DNA of 64,000 bases from an uncultured Spirochaetota bacterium (GTDB taxonomy: Bacteria; Spirochaetota; Spirochaetia; SZUA-6; Fen-1364): assembly GCA_963820435.1 (NCBI GenBank), contig CAWGAC010000008.1:234549-298548 (forward strand). Direction: 5' to 3'. Made by a program: the position numbers and the translations under genes. This document shows, in pieces, positions 37,310 through 50,565 of the stretch. Below the pieces are notes generated by a model. That model searched no databases. It had not been told where the DNA came from and saw nothing but the letters and a program-made list of their open reading frames with translations. The first letter of the stretch is position 1. Each line of letters starts with the position of its first letter.

Positions 37310-37425
37310 GTCCACGCTCCTCACGGCGGTCTTCCGATGAATATGCGTATCGGAAGCAACGGGCAGCAAGTCGGGCGGGAGGGCTGATGTCGGAATCGTT
37401 CTCATTCAACCCGTACTCCGTGCGG

Positions 37426-40664
<3,239 letters not shown>

Positions 40665-40703
40665 TGTGCCCTCCCTTGCGAAGTCGTTGCCGGGTAAGAA
40701 GGC

Positions 40704-40731
40704 GTCCCATCCGCCCGCCCGCGGATGGGAC
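40704..40731 (-). terminator. Intercistronic stem-loop after SBP gene
   Basis: GTCCCATCCGC-6 nt-GCGGATGGGAC 11-bp perfect stem. Confidence 0.65.
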
Positions 40732-40755
40732 CCTTGCGGGAACAAGATGATGAGG

Positions 40756-42063
40756 CTACATGGAAAGCTTCGTGACCTCGTTCTTGAACTGGCTGACCGC
40801 ATCATCGATGGAGATCTGGTCGGTGAGCGCGGGGGTCATGAAGTTCGTGAACGCCGTGTAGATCGTGCCGCCGACTCCGAAGACCGGCGTATTCGGCTCG
40901 AAGGAAACGATCTTTGCCGCATCGACGCTGTACTGGTTGTTCGGCGACATCGCCGCGAGCTCTTTGCCGTTCAACACGGGCAGATACGCGGGGAGGTGAC
41001 CGCCGCCGGCCCAGACGTCCGCGTGCTTTTCAACGTATGCGATAAAGGCGAGGACACCCTTCAGTTTTGCGCCGGAGAGGGGGTTCTTCGTGTTGTTCGG
41101 AATGGCCAGCTCATGCGAATCGGCAAACGAGGCGCCCATGGTGAAGAGCTTCGGGAATGCCATGACCCCGTAGTCGAAACCGAGCTTGCCGGACTTCGCC
41201 AGGTCCACCATGGTGGGAACTTCCCAGTTTCCATTGATCATGAACGCCGCCTTGCCGGAGGTGAAAAGGGCGACCGCGGCGCCGTAGTCAGTATCAGTGT
41301 TGATCAGGCCCTGAGAGGCCCAGTCGTGGAATGTCTGCAGGGCCTTCTTGCCTGTCGTGTCCATCGCGCTGAGGTCCAGCTTTCCGTTCTTCACCAGCGT
41401 TCCTCCCATCTGGGAGAAGAGAGTGTACCAGAGACGCCACGGGCCGCCCGTGTCGTTTCCAGAAGACGTGGTAATCGGAAGGACTCCGGTGGCGTCCTTG
41501 ATCTTTTTCAGGGTGGCGGTGAAAGTATCGATTCCCGCCGTGCCGGTGGGCTTTCCGTTCCCGCCCAGCACGCCTGCCTTCGTCAACAAGTCCTTGTTGT
41601 AGTAGACCACGACCGTATGCGTGTCGAGAGGCACGCCGTACAGGACGCCGGCTTTTCCGTAGGCCGCGCTGTCGGCCTGCGAATAGGCGACGAGCGTGGG
41701 GTTGAAGTCCTTGTACGAAAGACCGACCGACCTCAGCTCCGCGTCGGTGATGGGGCGCAGATCTCCCATCTTGATACCGGTCGGGAAATGCGAAAGGTGG
41801 TACGTCATGACGTCGGCGGTCTCTCCCGCGACCACGCCGGTATGGACCCTGGTATAGAACTCCACGCCCCAGGGAAGAGTGGTGCTGGAGACCTTGTACG
41901 CGCTCTGGCTGGCATTGAAATCGTTGACAAGCTGAGTCCACTTCACCCCGTCACCGCCTCCGAGGAAGTCCCATGACACGATGGGCAGGGGCGCGGCGGT
42001 CACAAAGGCCGGCGCGGCAAGCACCAGGCAGAAGAGCAGGATTGCAAAGAGCTGTTTTCTCAT
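40756..42063 (-). CDS. Sugar ABC transporter substrate-binding protein
   Basis: Signal peptide, GGDG, YGVPLDTH, YYNKDLL, FTSGKAAF; AAGGAGG before ATG 42063. Confidence 0.92.
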   Translation of the reverse strand: MRKQLFAILLFCLVLAAPAFVTAAPLPIVSWDFLGGGDGVKWTQLVNDFNASQSAYKVSSTTLPWGVEFYTRVHTGVVAGETADVMTYHLSHFPTGIKMGDLRPITDAELRSVGLSYKDFNPTLVAYSQADSAAYGKAGVLYGVPLDTHTVVVYYNKDLLTKAGVLGGNGKPTGTAGIDTFTATLKKIKDATGVLPITTSSGNDTGGPWRLWYTLFSQMGGTLVKNGKLDLSAMDTTGKKALQTFHDWASQGLINTDTDYGAAVALFTSGKAAFMINGNWEVPTMVDLAKSGKLGFDYGVMAFPKLFTMGASFADSHELAIPNNTKNPLSGAKLKGVLAFIAYVEKHADVWAGGGHLPAYLPVLNGKELAAMSPNNQYSVDAAKIVSFEPNTPVFGVGGTIYTAFTNFMTPALTDQISIDDAVSQFKNEVTKLSM

Positions 42064-42218
42064 ACCTTTCCTCCTTAAAGGACCAATGTCAGCTCTATAA
42101 GGCGCGCTTTCAAGGTGTCCGATGCGTAGAAAAGGTGGATAAATCCGACTTTGCCCGCCGCCTCGACCAGCGCCCGGGCCGCTCGTCAATGCACGCGCTC
42201 CCGGCTATAGTATGACTC

Positions 42219-43862
42219 ATGCGCGGGTCCCGATATCGACGCACGATGCGCTTCTTCACGAGCGTGATGCTGCGGGAGCTCTGGTGGGAGCTCGTGGTGC
42301 CGAAGACTGGACTGGGCCGGCTCGCCCGGCGGACGCGCTCCGCCAGAATGCAGCGAATCGCCACTGAGTTCCGCACGCTCGCCCTCCGCATGGGGGGCGT
42401 GCTCATCAAGGTCGGCCAGTTTCTCTCTTCCCGACTGGACGTGCTGCCCAGGGAAATCACCTCGGAGCTGGCAGGGCTGCAGGACGAGGTGGGCGCCGAG
42501 AGCTTCGAGGCCATCCGCGGGGTGGTCGAGGCGGAGTTCGGCATGCCTCTTTCACGCAAGTTCCTGGACTTCGAGCCGGTGCCGGTTGCCTCCGCTTCCA
42601 TCGGCCAGGTGCACAAAGCGCGCCTGGCCGATGAGGTGCAGGGATCCGCTCCCCCTTCCCAGGTGGCGGTGAAGGTCCAGCGGCCGCACATCCAGGAGAT
42701 CGTCGAGGCAGACCTGGCCGCCATCCGCGCCGCCGGACGCTGGCTGCAGCGCTTCAAGTCGATCCGCCGGCACGTGAACGTCATGGCTTTAATCGAAGAG
42801 TTCAGCCGCTCCCTCTACGAGGAGATCGACTACCTGCACGAGGGAAAGAACGCGGAGAGATTCGCCCGGAATTTCAGGGAGCTCTCCGACGTGGTCGTGC
42901 CCTCGGTGGTCTGGAGCCACACGACGCGGCGCGTCCTCACCCTCCAGGACGTCGGCGCCATCAAGATCACCGACTATGCGGCAATCGAGGCCGCCGGCAT
43001 CAAGCGGGCGGAGGTCGCCGACAAGCTCCTCGATGTGTACCTCAAGCAGGTATTCGAGGACGGGTTTTTCCACGCCGACCCGCACCCGGGGAATCTCTTT
43101 GTCCTTCCCGCCCGGCGGCGAGGCTGGAAGCTCGTGTTCGTCGATTTCGGCATGACAGGCACGCTCTCCGAGGAATCATTCAACGGCCTGCGGGAAGCCC
43201 TGCTCGCCGTGGGCACGAGGGACGCGGTGCGGCTCGTGCGCGCATTTCAGTCCCTGCAGGTCCTTCTGCCGGGAGCCGACCTGGACCTGCTGGAGCGCGC
43301 GTGCAAGAAGGCATTCGATACGCTCTGGGGCAAGTCGATGCGTGAAATCATGCGCATGAGCAATGAGGAGCTGCGGGTTTTCATCGACGAGTTCGGCGAC
43401 CTGCTCTACCAGATGCCCTTCCAGGTGCCGGAAAATCTCATCCTCCTGGGCCGGTGCGTGAGCATTCTCTCCGGCATGGCGACCGGGATGGACCCGGACT
43501 TCAGTGTATGGAAGGGGATGGCCCCGTACGTGCAGAAGCTGATGGAAAAGGACGGGCAGACGGGCGCGAGGCTCGCCATGAAAGAGCTCACGCTTGTGGC
43601 CCGTCTCCTCCTCGGGCTCCCCAGGAAGGTGGACGAGCTTGCCACACGGATGGAACAGGGGAAGATGGAAGTGCGGATGCCGGAGCTGAAGCAGCAGGTG
43701 ACGAGGCTGGAGCATGGCGTACGAAAGCTCGCCGGTTCCGTCATATTCGCCGCCGGCCTGCTGGCGGGCACCGAGCTTTTTCTGGGAGGACACGTCGAAT
43801 ATGCCGTGGGGCTCGGAGCAGCGGAGCTGCTTCTCCTGATCTGGATCCTCTTCGGGAGATGA
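42219..43862 (+). CDS. AarF/ABC1/UbiB family atypical kinase
   Basis: IKVGQFLSSR, VASASIGQVH, VAVKVQRP, EEIDY, FFHADPHPGN, DFGM; C-terminal TMs. Confidence 0.95.
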   Translation: MRGSRYRRTMRFFTSVMLRELWWELVVPKTGLGRLARRTRSARMQRIATEFRTLALRMGGVLIKVGQFLSSRLDVLPREITSELAGLQDEVGAESFEAIRGVVEAEFGMPLSRKFLDFEPVPVASASIGQVHKARLADEVQGSAPPSQVAVKVQRPHIQEIVEADLAAIRAAGRWLQRFKSIRRHVNVMALIEEFSRSLYEEIDYLHEGKNAERFARNFRELSDVVVPSVVWSHTTRRVLTLQDVGAIKITDYAAIEAAGIKRAEVADKLLDVYLKQVFEDGFFHADPHPGNLFVLPARRRGWKLVFVDFGMTGTLSEESFNGLREALLAVGTRDAVRLVRAFQSLQVLLPGADLDLLERACKKAFDTLWGKSMREIMRMSNEELRVFIDEFGDLLYQMPFQVPENLILLGRCVSILSGMATGMDPDFSVWKGMAPYVQKLMEKDGQTGARLAMKELTLVARLLLGLPRKVDELATRMEQGKMEVRMPELKQQVTRLEHGVRKLAGSVIFAAGLLAGTELFLGGHVEYAVGLGAAELLLLIWILFGR

Positions 43863-43884
43863 AACGGCGGCCAGCGTGGCCAGA

Positions 43885-44106
43885 CTACTCGGGGGGCTTT
43901 TTTTCAGTTCGCTCGATGGCTGCGTCCAGGAGGCTTCTCATGGCGAGAAGCATCTCCTTTCGCGCCGCCCTGCGGTGCTCGATGAAGCCCTTCGGAATCA
44001 GGTCTTGAAGGCTCAACCGAAAGGATTCATGCGCCGCCTTCACGTGCGCGCGCGCTTCCTTCAACGGGGGACTGGCCTCTTCCGCGTGGTGCGTCTTTTC
44101 CGGCAT
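43885..44106 (-). CDS. Small helical hypothetical protein (73 aa)
   Basis: GGAGG SD and promoter TTGACT-17-TACTTT; amphipathic EHRRAARKEMLLAMRSLLDAAIE. Confidence 0.75.
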   Translation of the reverse strand: MPEKTHHAEEASPPLKEARAHVKAAHESFRLSLQDLIPKGFIEHRRAARKEMLLAMRSLLDAAIERTEKKPPE

Positions 44107-44135
44107 GACCCACCTCCGCCTTCAAAAGTAGGTGG

Positions 44136-44198
44136 TTGATTGAAGTCAGTCAAGCGCCCGCAGGCCCCGCCGGCTTGGCGCATAACAGAATGTTATGC
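44136..44198. promoter_or_regulatory. Two candidate operators in the divergent promoter region
   Basis: TTGATTGA-AG-TCAGTCAA (44136-53) and GCATAACA-GAA-TGTTATGC (44180-98). Confidence 0.55.
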
Positions 44199-44267
44199 CG
44201 AGTTCATGGCCGATCTATTGCACTGCGCTTTCAGAAAAGCATACTATTTTTCCCAAGGAAACGCGCA

Positions 44268-45662
44268 GTGAAACTCACCGCACTCATTTTTCTAACGGCT
44301 CTTTGTCCGCTGCTCTCCGCGATTGCCCAGGAGTCTGTTCCCGTGGTCACGCTGGCGCAGAGCATCGACGCGACTCTCACCAACGGGGACGACATCAAGA
44401 TTCTCCAGAGGAGCCTCGATGTCGTCAGGGCGCAGCATGCCTTGAACGTTTCACGAAACTCCTTGTCCCTTGCCGGCTCCGCGGGGTACGGGGCCGTCTG
44501 GCCGTTCGGCACGGAGGCGCTCGTCCTCAGCAAGTCCGTGAGCAGCCCCTTGTCCAACCCGCCAGGCGCCGTGGCGGGGGTTGCGCTCTCAGGCCCGATG
44601 ACGAACGTGAGCGTGAGCGCCATCCCTTATGTGCCTCCTGTTCCAGGGACGGACACAACCGGCGTCGTCGGCGCGAGCGTGACCCAGACCCTGTGGAACG
44701 GGTACCCGGGAGGGCAGAATCAGGCCACGGTGGACAAGAGCCTGTTGACCCTCCAGGGCAAGGAGCTTGCAACTGAGTCAGGGACGCTGGGCCTGATTTA
44801 CAACGTCAAGCAGGCCTACTACGTCATGCTGGGGGCGCAGCGGAGCCTCGCCCTGAGGAAGCAGATATTCGAACAGCAGGATTCCGTCCTGAAGCAGATC
44901 ACGGCCATTTATGAGCTGAAGCTCGCCAGCACCGCTGATCTCAAGACCGCGCAGCTCAACGCCCGCAGCGCCCAGGTGGACGTTGACAGCGCGGCCAATG
45001 ATCTGCATTTCGCAAGGCTCGGTCTGGCCACTCTCATGGGGTTCCCCGCGGAAAAGGATTTCACGGTAGCGGACGCGCCGCAGCCGTCGGTCAAAGTGGA
45101 CACGGTGGAGCAGGCCGTGTCGGCTGGATTGGGCAGGCGCGTGGATATCAAGCTGGTCGAGCTGAATATCAAATCCTCAAACGTCGACCTTGCCGTGACC
45201 AGGGGTCAGGCAACACCCACGGTGAGTGTCAGCGGCGGCGTGAATTGGCTGTACGACTGGAGCAGCGTGATGCACGCGGGAGTGGCGGGCGCAGCGGTGA
45301 AACTTTCGATGCCCATCCTGGACGCGGGGGCAGTGAAAAACCAGGTCGACTCGATTCTGAGGCAGAACGATGTCTATGCCCTGCAGGAGACTCAACTTCG
45401 AAAGAGCATTGCGACGGCGATCCAAAGCGCCTGGCAGGCCGTTCAGATTGACGGGGAAAAGCTCGAGGTCGCAAGGCTCGGCGTGGAAGCGAACGACCTT
45501 CAGTACCAGATCGTGAGCGCTCAGCGTGATTCAGGCACGGCATCGAACCAGGACCTGCTGACCGCGGCCGTGAATCTGGCGAATGCCCAGAACGCGCTCG
45601 CCACGGCGCAGAGCACGGTCGAGCTCGCGGTACTTCAGCTTCAGAACGTGATGGGGTACTAG
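44268..45662 (+). CDS. TolC family outer-membrane efflux protein
   Basis: Signal peptide from GTG 44268, VKQAYY, LSMPILDAG, GTASNQDLLTA; first gene of an RND operon. Confidence 0.9.
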   Translation: MKLTALIFLTALCPLLSAIAQESVPVVTLAQSIDATLTNGDDIKILQRSLDVVRAQHALNVSRNSLSLAGSAGYGAVWPFGTEALVLSKSVSSPLSNPPGAVAGVALSGPMTNVSVSAIPYVPPVPGTDTTGVVGASVTQTLWNGYPGGQNQATVDKSLLTLQGKELATESGTLGLIYNVKQAYYVMLGAQRSLALRKQIFEQQDSVLKQITAIYELKLASTADLKTAQLNARSAQVDVDSAANDLHFARLGLATLMGFPAEKDFTVADAPQPSVKVDTVEQAVSAGLGRRVDIKLVELNIKSSNVDLAVTRGQATPTVSVSGGVNWLYDWSSVMHAGVAGAAVKLSMPILDAGAVKNQVDSILRQNDVYALQETQLRKSIATAIQSAWQAVQIDGEKLEVARLGVEANDLQYQIVSAQRDSGTASNQDLLTAAVNLANAQNALATAQSTVELAVLQLQNVMGY

Positions 45663-47082
45663 ATGAAAACAACGACTTTGATGACAATGCTCGGCTTCGC
45701 GGGGCTCCTCGTGCTGGCCGGTTGCGCCGCAAAGCCCGCCGCCGGCAGGCGGCGGGCGCGCAGGCGGGCGCGGGAGCGCGGAACGGCGGCCCGAACGGAA
45801 CGGGCAATGGGAGCGGCCGCAGGTTCGCCTCCATTCCCGTGCAAGCCGTCGCCGTGCAGGTCGGTCCGTTGATCACGGACAATGACACGGCGGGAACAGT
45901 GGTGCCGGTCACGCAGAGCCAGGTCGCCGCGCAGGTGGCGGGTGTCGTGTCGGCCGTGTATCGCATGGCCGGCGATTGGGTGAAGCAAGGGGCGCCCGTC
46001 GTCCAGCTCGACGACTCGGCGCTGAAGCTGGCGGTCAGGAACGCGCAATCCGCTCTTGCGAACGCAAAGATCAATCTCGCGATGGGTCAGCAGACCGCCA
46101 CCGAGTCCAACCCGAAGCTCTCCAGTCAGCTCGACTCGGCCAAGACCGCGTTCGCCGCGGCCCAAAAGAACTACGATTCACAGAAGAAGCTCTTCGACCT
46201 GGGAGGCATTTCCTCTTCGCAGCTGGACACCGCGCAGAGCCAGCTCCAGCAAGCCCAGGCAAATGTGCAGGCGGCGCAGTTTGCCCTCGAACAGAATCAG
46301 CAGTCCGACACGCAATCAACCGCGCAGTTGCAGCTCGCGGTGGACCAGGCGTCGACGCAGCTCGAGATCGCGCAGCTCAACCTGCGCAACGCAAAAATCA
46401 CGGCCCCCTTTGCCGGACAGATCGCCGCAGTCAACGTGACGCCGGGAAGCTACGTGAGCCTGAATACTTCCGTTTTCACGCTGGTGAGCGGGGAGAAGCA
46501 GATCAACTTCAGCGAGCCCCCCTCCGATGCGCCGAATTTCAAGGTGGGTGATATTGTCGTGTTCACGTACGCGGGAAAGAGCTACCCGGTGAAGATCACC
46601 CAGGCGCCCTCCGCACCGATCAACGGCGTCGTGCCCATGGTGGCGGCGATCCCCTCTTCCGTGCCGGTGTCCTATGGCGCGGTAGGGACCATCACCTACA
46701 AGCTCACGCTGGCCACGGGTCCCCAGATACCCATTGCAGCCCTGCAAACCAGGGCGGATCTGAACTTCGTCTACGTGATCGTCGGCGGGAAAGCGGCCGA
46801 GCAGCCGATCACCATCCTTGCCGAGGGGGGCACCGCGGCGGTTGCAAAAGGGGTTGACGCCGGGCATGCAGGTCATCCTCAATCCGCCTCCCGGACTTCT
46901 CGCCGGTTCCTCGGTTCAGGTGGTTGCACTGCCGTCGGCCCAGAGCCAGGGTGCGGCGGCGCCTGCGGGCCCGCAGGGGGTGGGCGCACAAGGGACACGC
47001 CAGAACAACCAAGGGCGCAGGCCCGGGATCGGCACCGGGCGGAGGCCCGCCGGGCCGGCCCGTCCCGGGAGGAAAGCAATGA
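45663..47082 (+). CDS. RND efflux membrane fusion protein, lipoprotein (frameshifts near 45745, 46860, 47013)
   Basis: Lipobox LVLAGC, VAAQVAGVV...GDWVKQG, ITAPFAG, GLTPGMQVI; Gly/Pro tail ends at TGA overlapping the acrB-like ATG. Confidence 0.85.
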
Positions 47083-50000
47083 AAAGCCTCCGTGACTTCG
47101 AGGCCACGATCTTCAACAAGATCAACCCCGCGGTCAACTTCTCGATCACGCGCTACGTGCTTGCCATCGGCATTTTCGTCGCGGTCGTGGTATTCGGCAT
47201 TATCTCGACGTTCAGTCTCGGCGTCGACCTCCTGCCTGCCGTGAACATCCCGGTTGTCCTGGTTGTCACGTCGTTCCCCGGCGCCACTCCCGGCGTGGTC
47301 GACCAGCAGATCACGCAGGTCATCGAGAACGTGGTGTCGTCCCTGAGCGGCATCACGGACATCAGCTCCAACAGCTCCATTGGCATCAGCCGGGTCGCCA
47401 TCAGCTTCGATCCCAGCTCCGACAAGACCGCGGACGCGAACCAGGTGTCCACGCTCGTTGCAGCGGCAATCCGCAGCCTTCCGCCGGGGATCAACCCGCC
47501 GACGATCCGCACCTTCGATCCCAACTCACAGCCCATCGTCCAGTTCGGGATTTCGGGAGGCGCGGCGAGCCCGGCCGATGTCAGCGACTACGTGCAGAAC
47601 ACCCTGACCCCGTCGCTTCAGCTCGTCCCGGGCGTCGCGAATGTCGGCGTTGACGGCGCCCCCGCGCGGCAGTTCATCGTCTACCTGGATCCGAACAAGC
47701 TCCAGTACTTCAACCTCATACCCCAGCAGGTCGTGGCGGCAATCATCAACTCCGCGGTGAACACGCCCATCGGCACCATCATCAGCCAGAACAGCGCGCT
47801 GACTTTCACCACGCAGAACGTGCCGGTCAACCTGCTCCAGATCGAGCACACCCTGGTCGACCCTGCGCGCGGCATCGCGGTGGACGACCTCGGGACCGTC
47901 CGTGACGTCCCGGTCGACACGAATTATGCCCGGGTGAACGGGAAACCCGTGGTGCTCGTCTCCGTCCAGAGGACAACGGATTCCAACTCGGTCGCGGTTG
48001 TCCAGGGCGTGCGTGATCTGATGAAAAGCACGCTGCTGCCCAAGGGCTACACTCTCACCTACAGCAATGACACGACCGGCCCGATCAAGGCGTCCATCGA
48101 GGCAACCTACCACGAGCTGTTCGTCACGGCTCTCGTGGTGGCCCTGATCGTCCTGCTGTTCCTGGGCAAGCTGAACACGGCCATCTCCGTCATCCTGGCG
48201 ATTCCCATCGCCCTGTCCGCGTCGCCCATCCTGTACAGGTTCGGCGGGTTCTCCTTCAACCTCGTGTCGCTTCTGGCGCTGATCATCGCCATCGGCATCG
48301 TGGTGGACGACTCGATCGTCGTCTCGGAGAACGTGGAGCGATACCGCGCCATGGGGTTCAGCCTCAAGGAGTCCGTCCTCAAGGGCGCGAGCGAGGTCTT
48401 CAGCGCCGTCGTCGCGGCCTCCCTCTCCCTGCTCTCCGTGCTCCTCCCCGTGAGCTTCATCGGAGGGTTCATCGGCCGCTACCTGCAGCAGTTCTCCCTC
48501 GGGCTCGCCGCCGCGGTCGCCTTCTCGCTCTTGGAGGCGGTCCTGTTCCTCACCGTGCGGCTGGCCTACACCCCGGAGTCCCAGACCCTTACCTATGGCG
48601 ATTTCTTTCGAAGCTGGATTCAGCTGCCTGATGCGCTGCGATGGGGATGGAGGACGTGTCGGAAGGGTTTCGGGATACTGCTCGGCATCGCCGCTATCGT
48701 CGTGATCCGGGTGGTGAGCGGCAAATGGATCTATGCGGGTGCCATCGTCGCCTATCCGTTTGCTCTGGGAATCGTCTACTACCTCGGCCGGATCGTTCTT
48801 TCACTCTTGCAGGCCCTGACCACCACCCTCCACGGCTGGACCGAGGCGGGGCTGGAGTGGGTACGTGACAGGTACACGGCTTCCCTCGGCACGCTCCTGA
48901 AAGGCAGCGCCTGGGTTCTCGGCGTCGCGGTTGTTTTCCTCGTCGTTTCCGCTGTCGTGGTTGTGCCGCGCCTGCCCTTCAATTTCGTGCCCACAACCGA
49001 CTCCGGCGTCATGACGGTGAATGTCCGTTTCCCGCGCGGAACTCCGCCCTTCGTCGTCAACCAGGGCACTGAAAGAATCGAAAAGTACCTGCTGCAGAGA
49101 CCCGAGGTGGTGACCATCCAGGCGGTGGCGGGAGGCGGGGGGGAGGTGACCGTTCAGCTCGTGCCTCTTGGAAAGAGGCCGGGAGTCTCCGCCCTGACCA
49201 CTCTTTACCGACAGGAACTCCTGAGGCTTTTCCGCGACCAGCCATCGACCACCCTTTCCGTGAGCGCGGGCAGCGGATTCGGAGGCGGTTTCGGCCCCTC
49301 CCTCCAGCTCAATGTGGTTGCGGCGGACTTCAACACGCTCAACGCGCGCAACAACGCGATCATCCAGGAGCTGCAGGCCAACCCCTATGTCACGGACGTC
49401 ACGTCGAGTCTTTCCCTGGTGACGCTGGAGAACGACTTCATTCCCGACCCTTCCCGCATGAAAGGGACGGGGATCACCCCGAATGAAGTGGCGCAGGCGC
49501 TGCAGACCTACACAACCGGGCACACAGGCGTCGAACGTGATTACGGGCGGCATCAGCTACCCCATCCAGGTGCAGGCCAACCCGACCACCATCTCGGGCG
49601 GTCAGTCCCTTCTCAATCTTCCCATATATTCCCCCGCGCTCCAGACCACAATCCAGATCGGGCAGCTGGGAAAATTCGTGCTGAACCAGGCGCCGTTGAC
49701 CCTCAGCCGCGACAACCGCCAATACACGGGACAGCTCACCATCAACCTCAAGCCTGACGCGCCCACCGCGCTCACAATGCAGAACATGATCACCGCCGAT
49801 CTGACGAAAGCCGGGCTCATTGGCGGCGACGTGAACCTGACGGCAGGCAGCAGATTCTCCCAGGCGGCCCTCGCGAGCTCGCTCGCATCCACGGGCCCCG
49901 TGATCTTCCTGCTTGCGCTGTTTCTTGCCTACCTCGTCATGGCGGCCCAGTTCAACTCATGGCGCTACCCCGTCTACCTGCTCCTGCCGGTGCCGCTGGC

Positions 50001-50487
50001 GCTTGTCGGTGCCGTCTGGCTGGTGTATCTCATCGGCGGCGGGCTGGACATCTTCGGTCTCATGGGCATGCTGATGCTGATCGGGCTCTCCGCCAAGAAC
50101 GCCATCCTGTATCTGGACTTCGTCGTGGAGAGGATCGGAAAGATGCCGTTCATGGACGCCCTGCTCGAGGCGGCGGAGCTTCGCTTCCGGCCGATCGTCA
50201 TGACCACACTCACCGTTCTCGTCATCAGCTTCCCCCTGATGCTCGGCCGGGGCCAGGGGTCGGAGTACGGTCAGCGCATGGGCGTGGTCATGCTGGGGGG
50301 GATCCTGTTCTCCGCCATACTGACGTTCTTCGTGGTGCCCTGCGCGTTCTACCTGTTCGAGCGCAGACGCGTGATGAAGGCTGAGGAACAAAAAACGCTG
50401 GAAGCGCCGCAGACCATGCAGATAGAGGCGGAGAGGCCGCAGAAGCGGCAGACGCGGAAGGCACTGAAGGCCGTCCCGGGCGATTAA
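47079..50487 (+). CDS. AcrB/AcrD/AcrF family RND transporter (frameshift near 49520)
   Basis: GVDLLP, GIVVDDSIVVSEN, AQFNS, GLSAKNAIL, RFRPIVMTT. Confidence 0.94.
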
Positions 50488-50542
50488 TGCGGAGTACCGC
50501 TCAAATCGCCACGCGCGGACTCCGTCCGCCGTGCGCGATTTG
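50488..50542. terminator. Hairpin region between convergent RND and kinase genes, with REP-related GCGG-AGTA-CCGC
   Basis: TGCGGAGTACCGCTCA followed by long stem CAAATCGC...GCGGAC-TCC-GTCCGC...GCGATTTG. Confidence 0.6.
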
Positions 50543-50565
50543 TCGCCCCCAGTGTTCCGCCGCGC

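Noticed and set aside
37331-37393. CTTCCGAT/ATCGGAAG inverted repeat and spaced TCGG repeats as AraC sites
   Set aside because: Spacing is irregular (21 and 19 nt) and the motifs are too short to distinguish from chance.
44136-44149. FNR box
   Set aside because: The right half (GTCAG) matches ATCAA poorly, and the longer TetR-like palindrome explains it better.
46818-49757. Apparent MFP-AcrB fusion ORF
   Set aside because: The AcrB-like gene has its own GGAGG SD and ATG at 47079. The MFP tail reads naturally in another frame to a TGA overlapping that ATG, so the fusion is explained by an indel.
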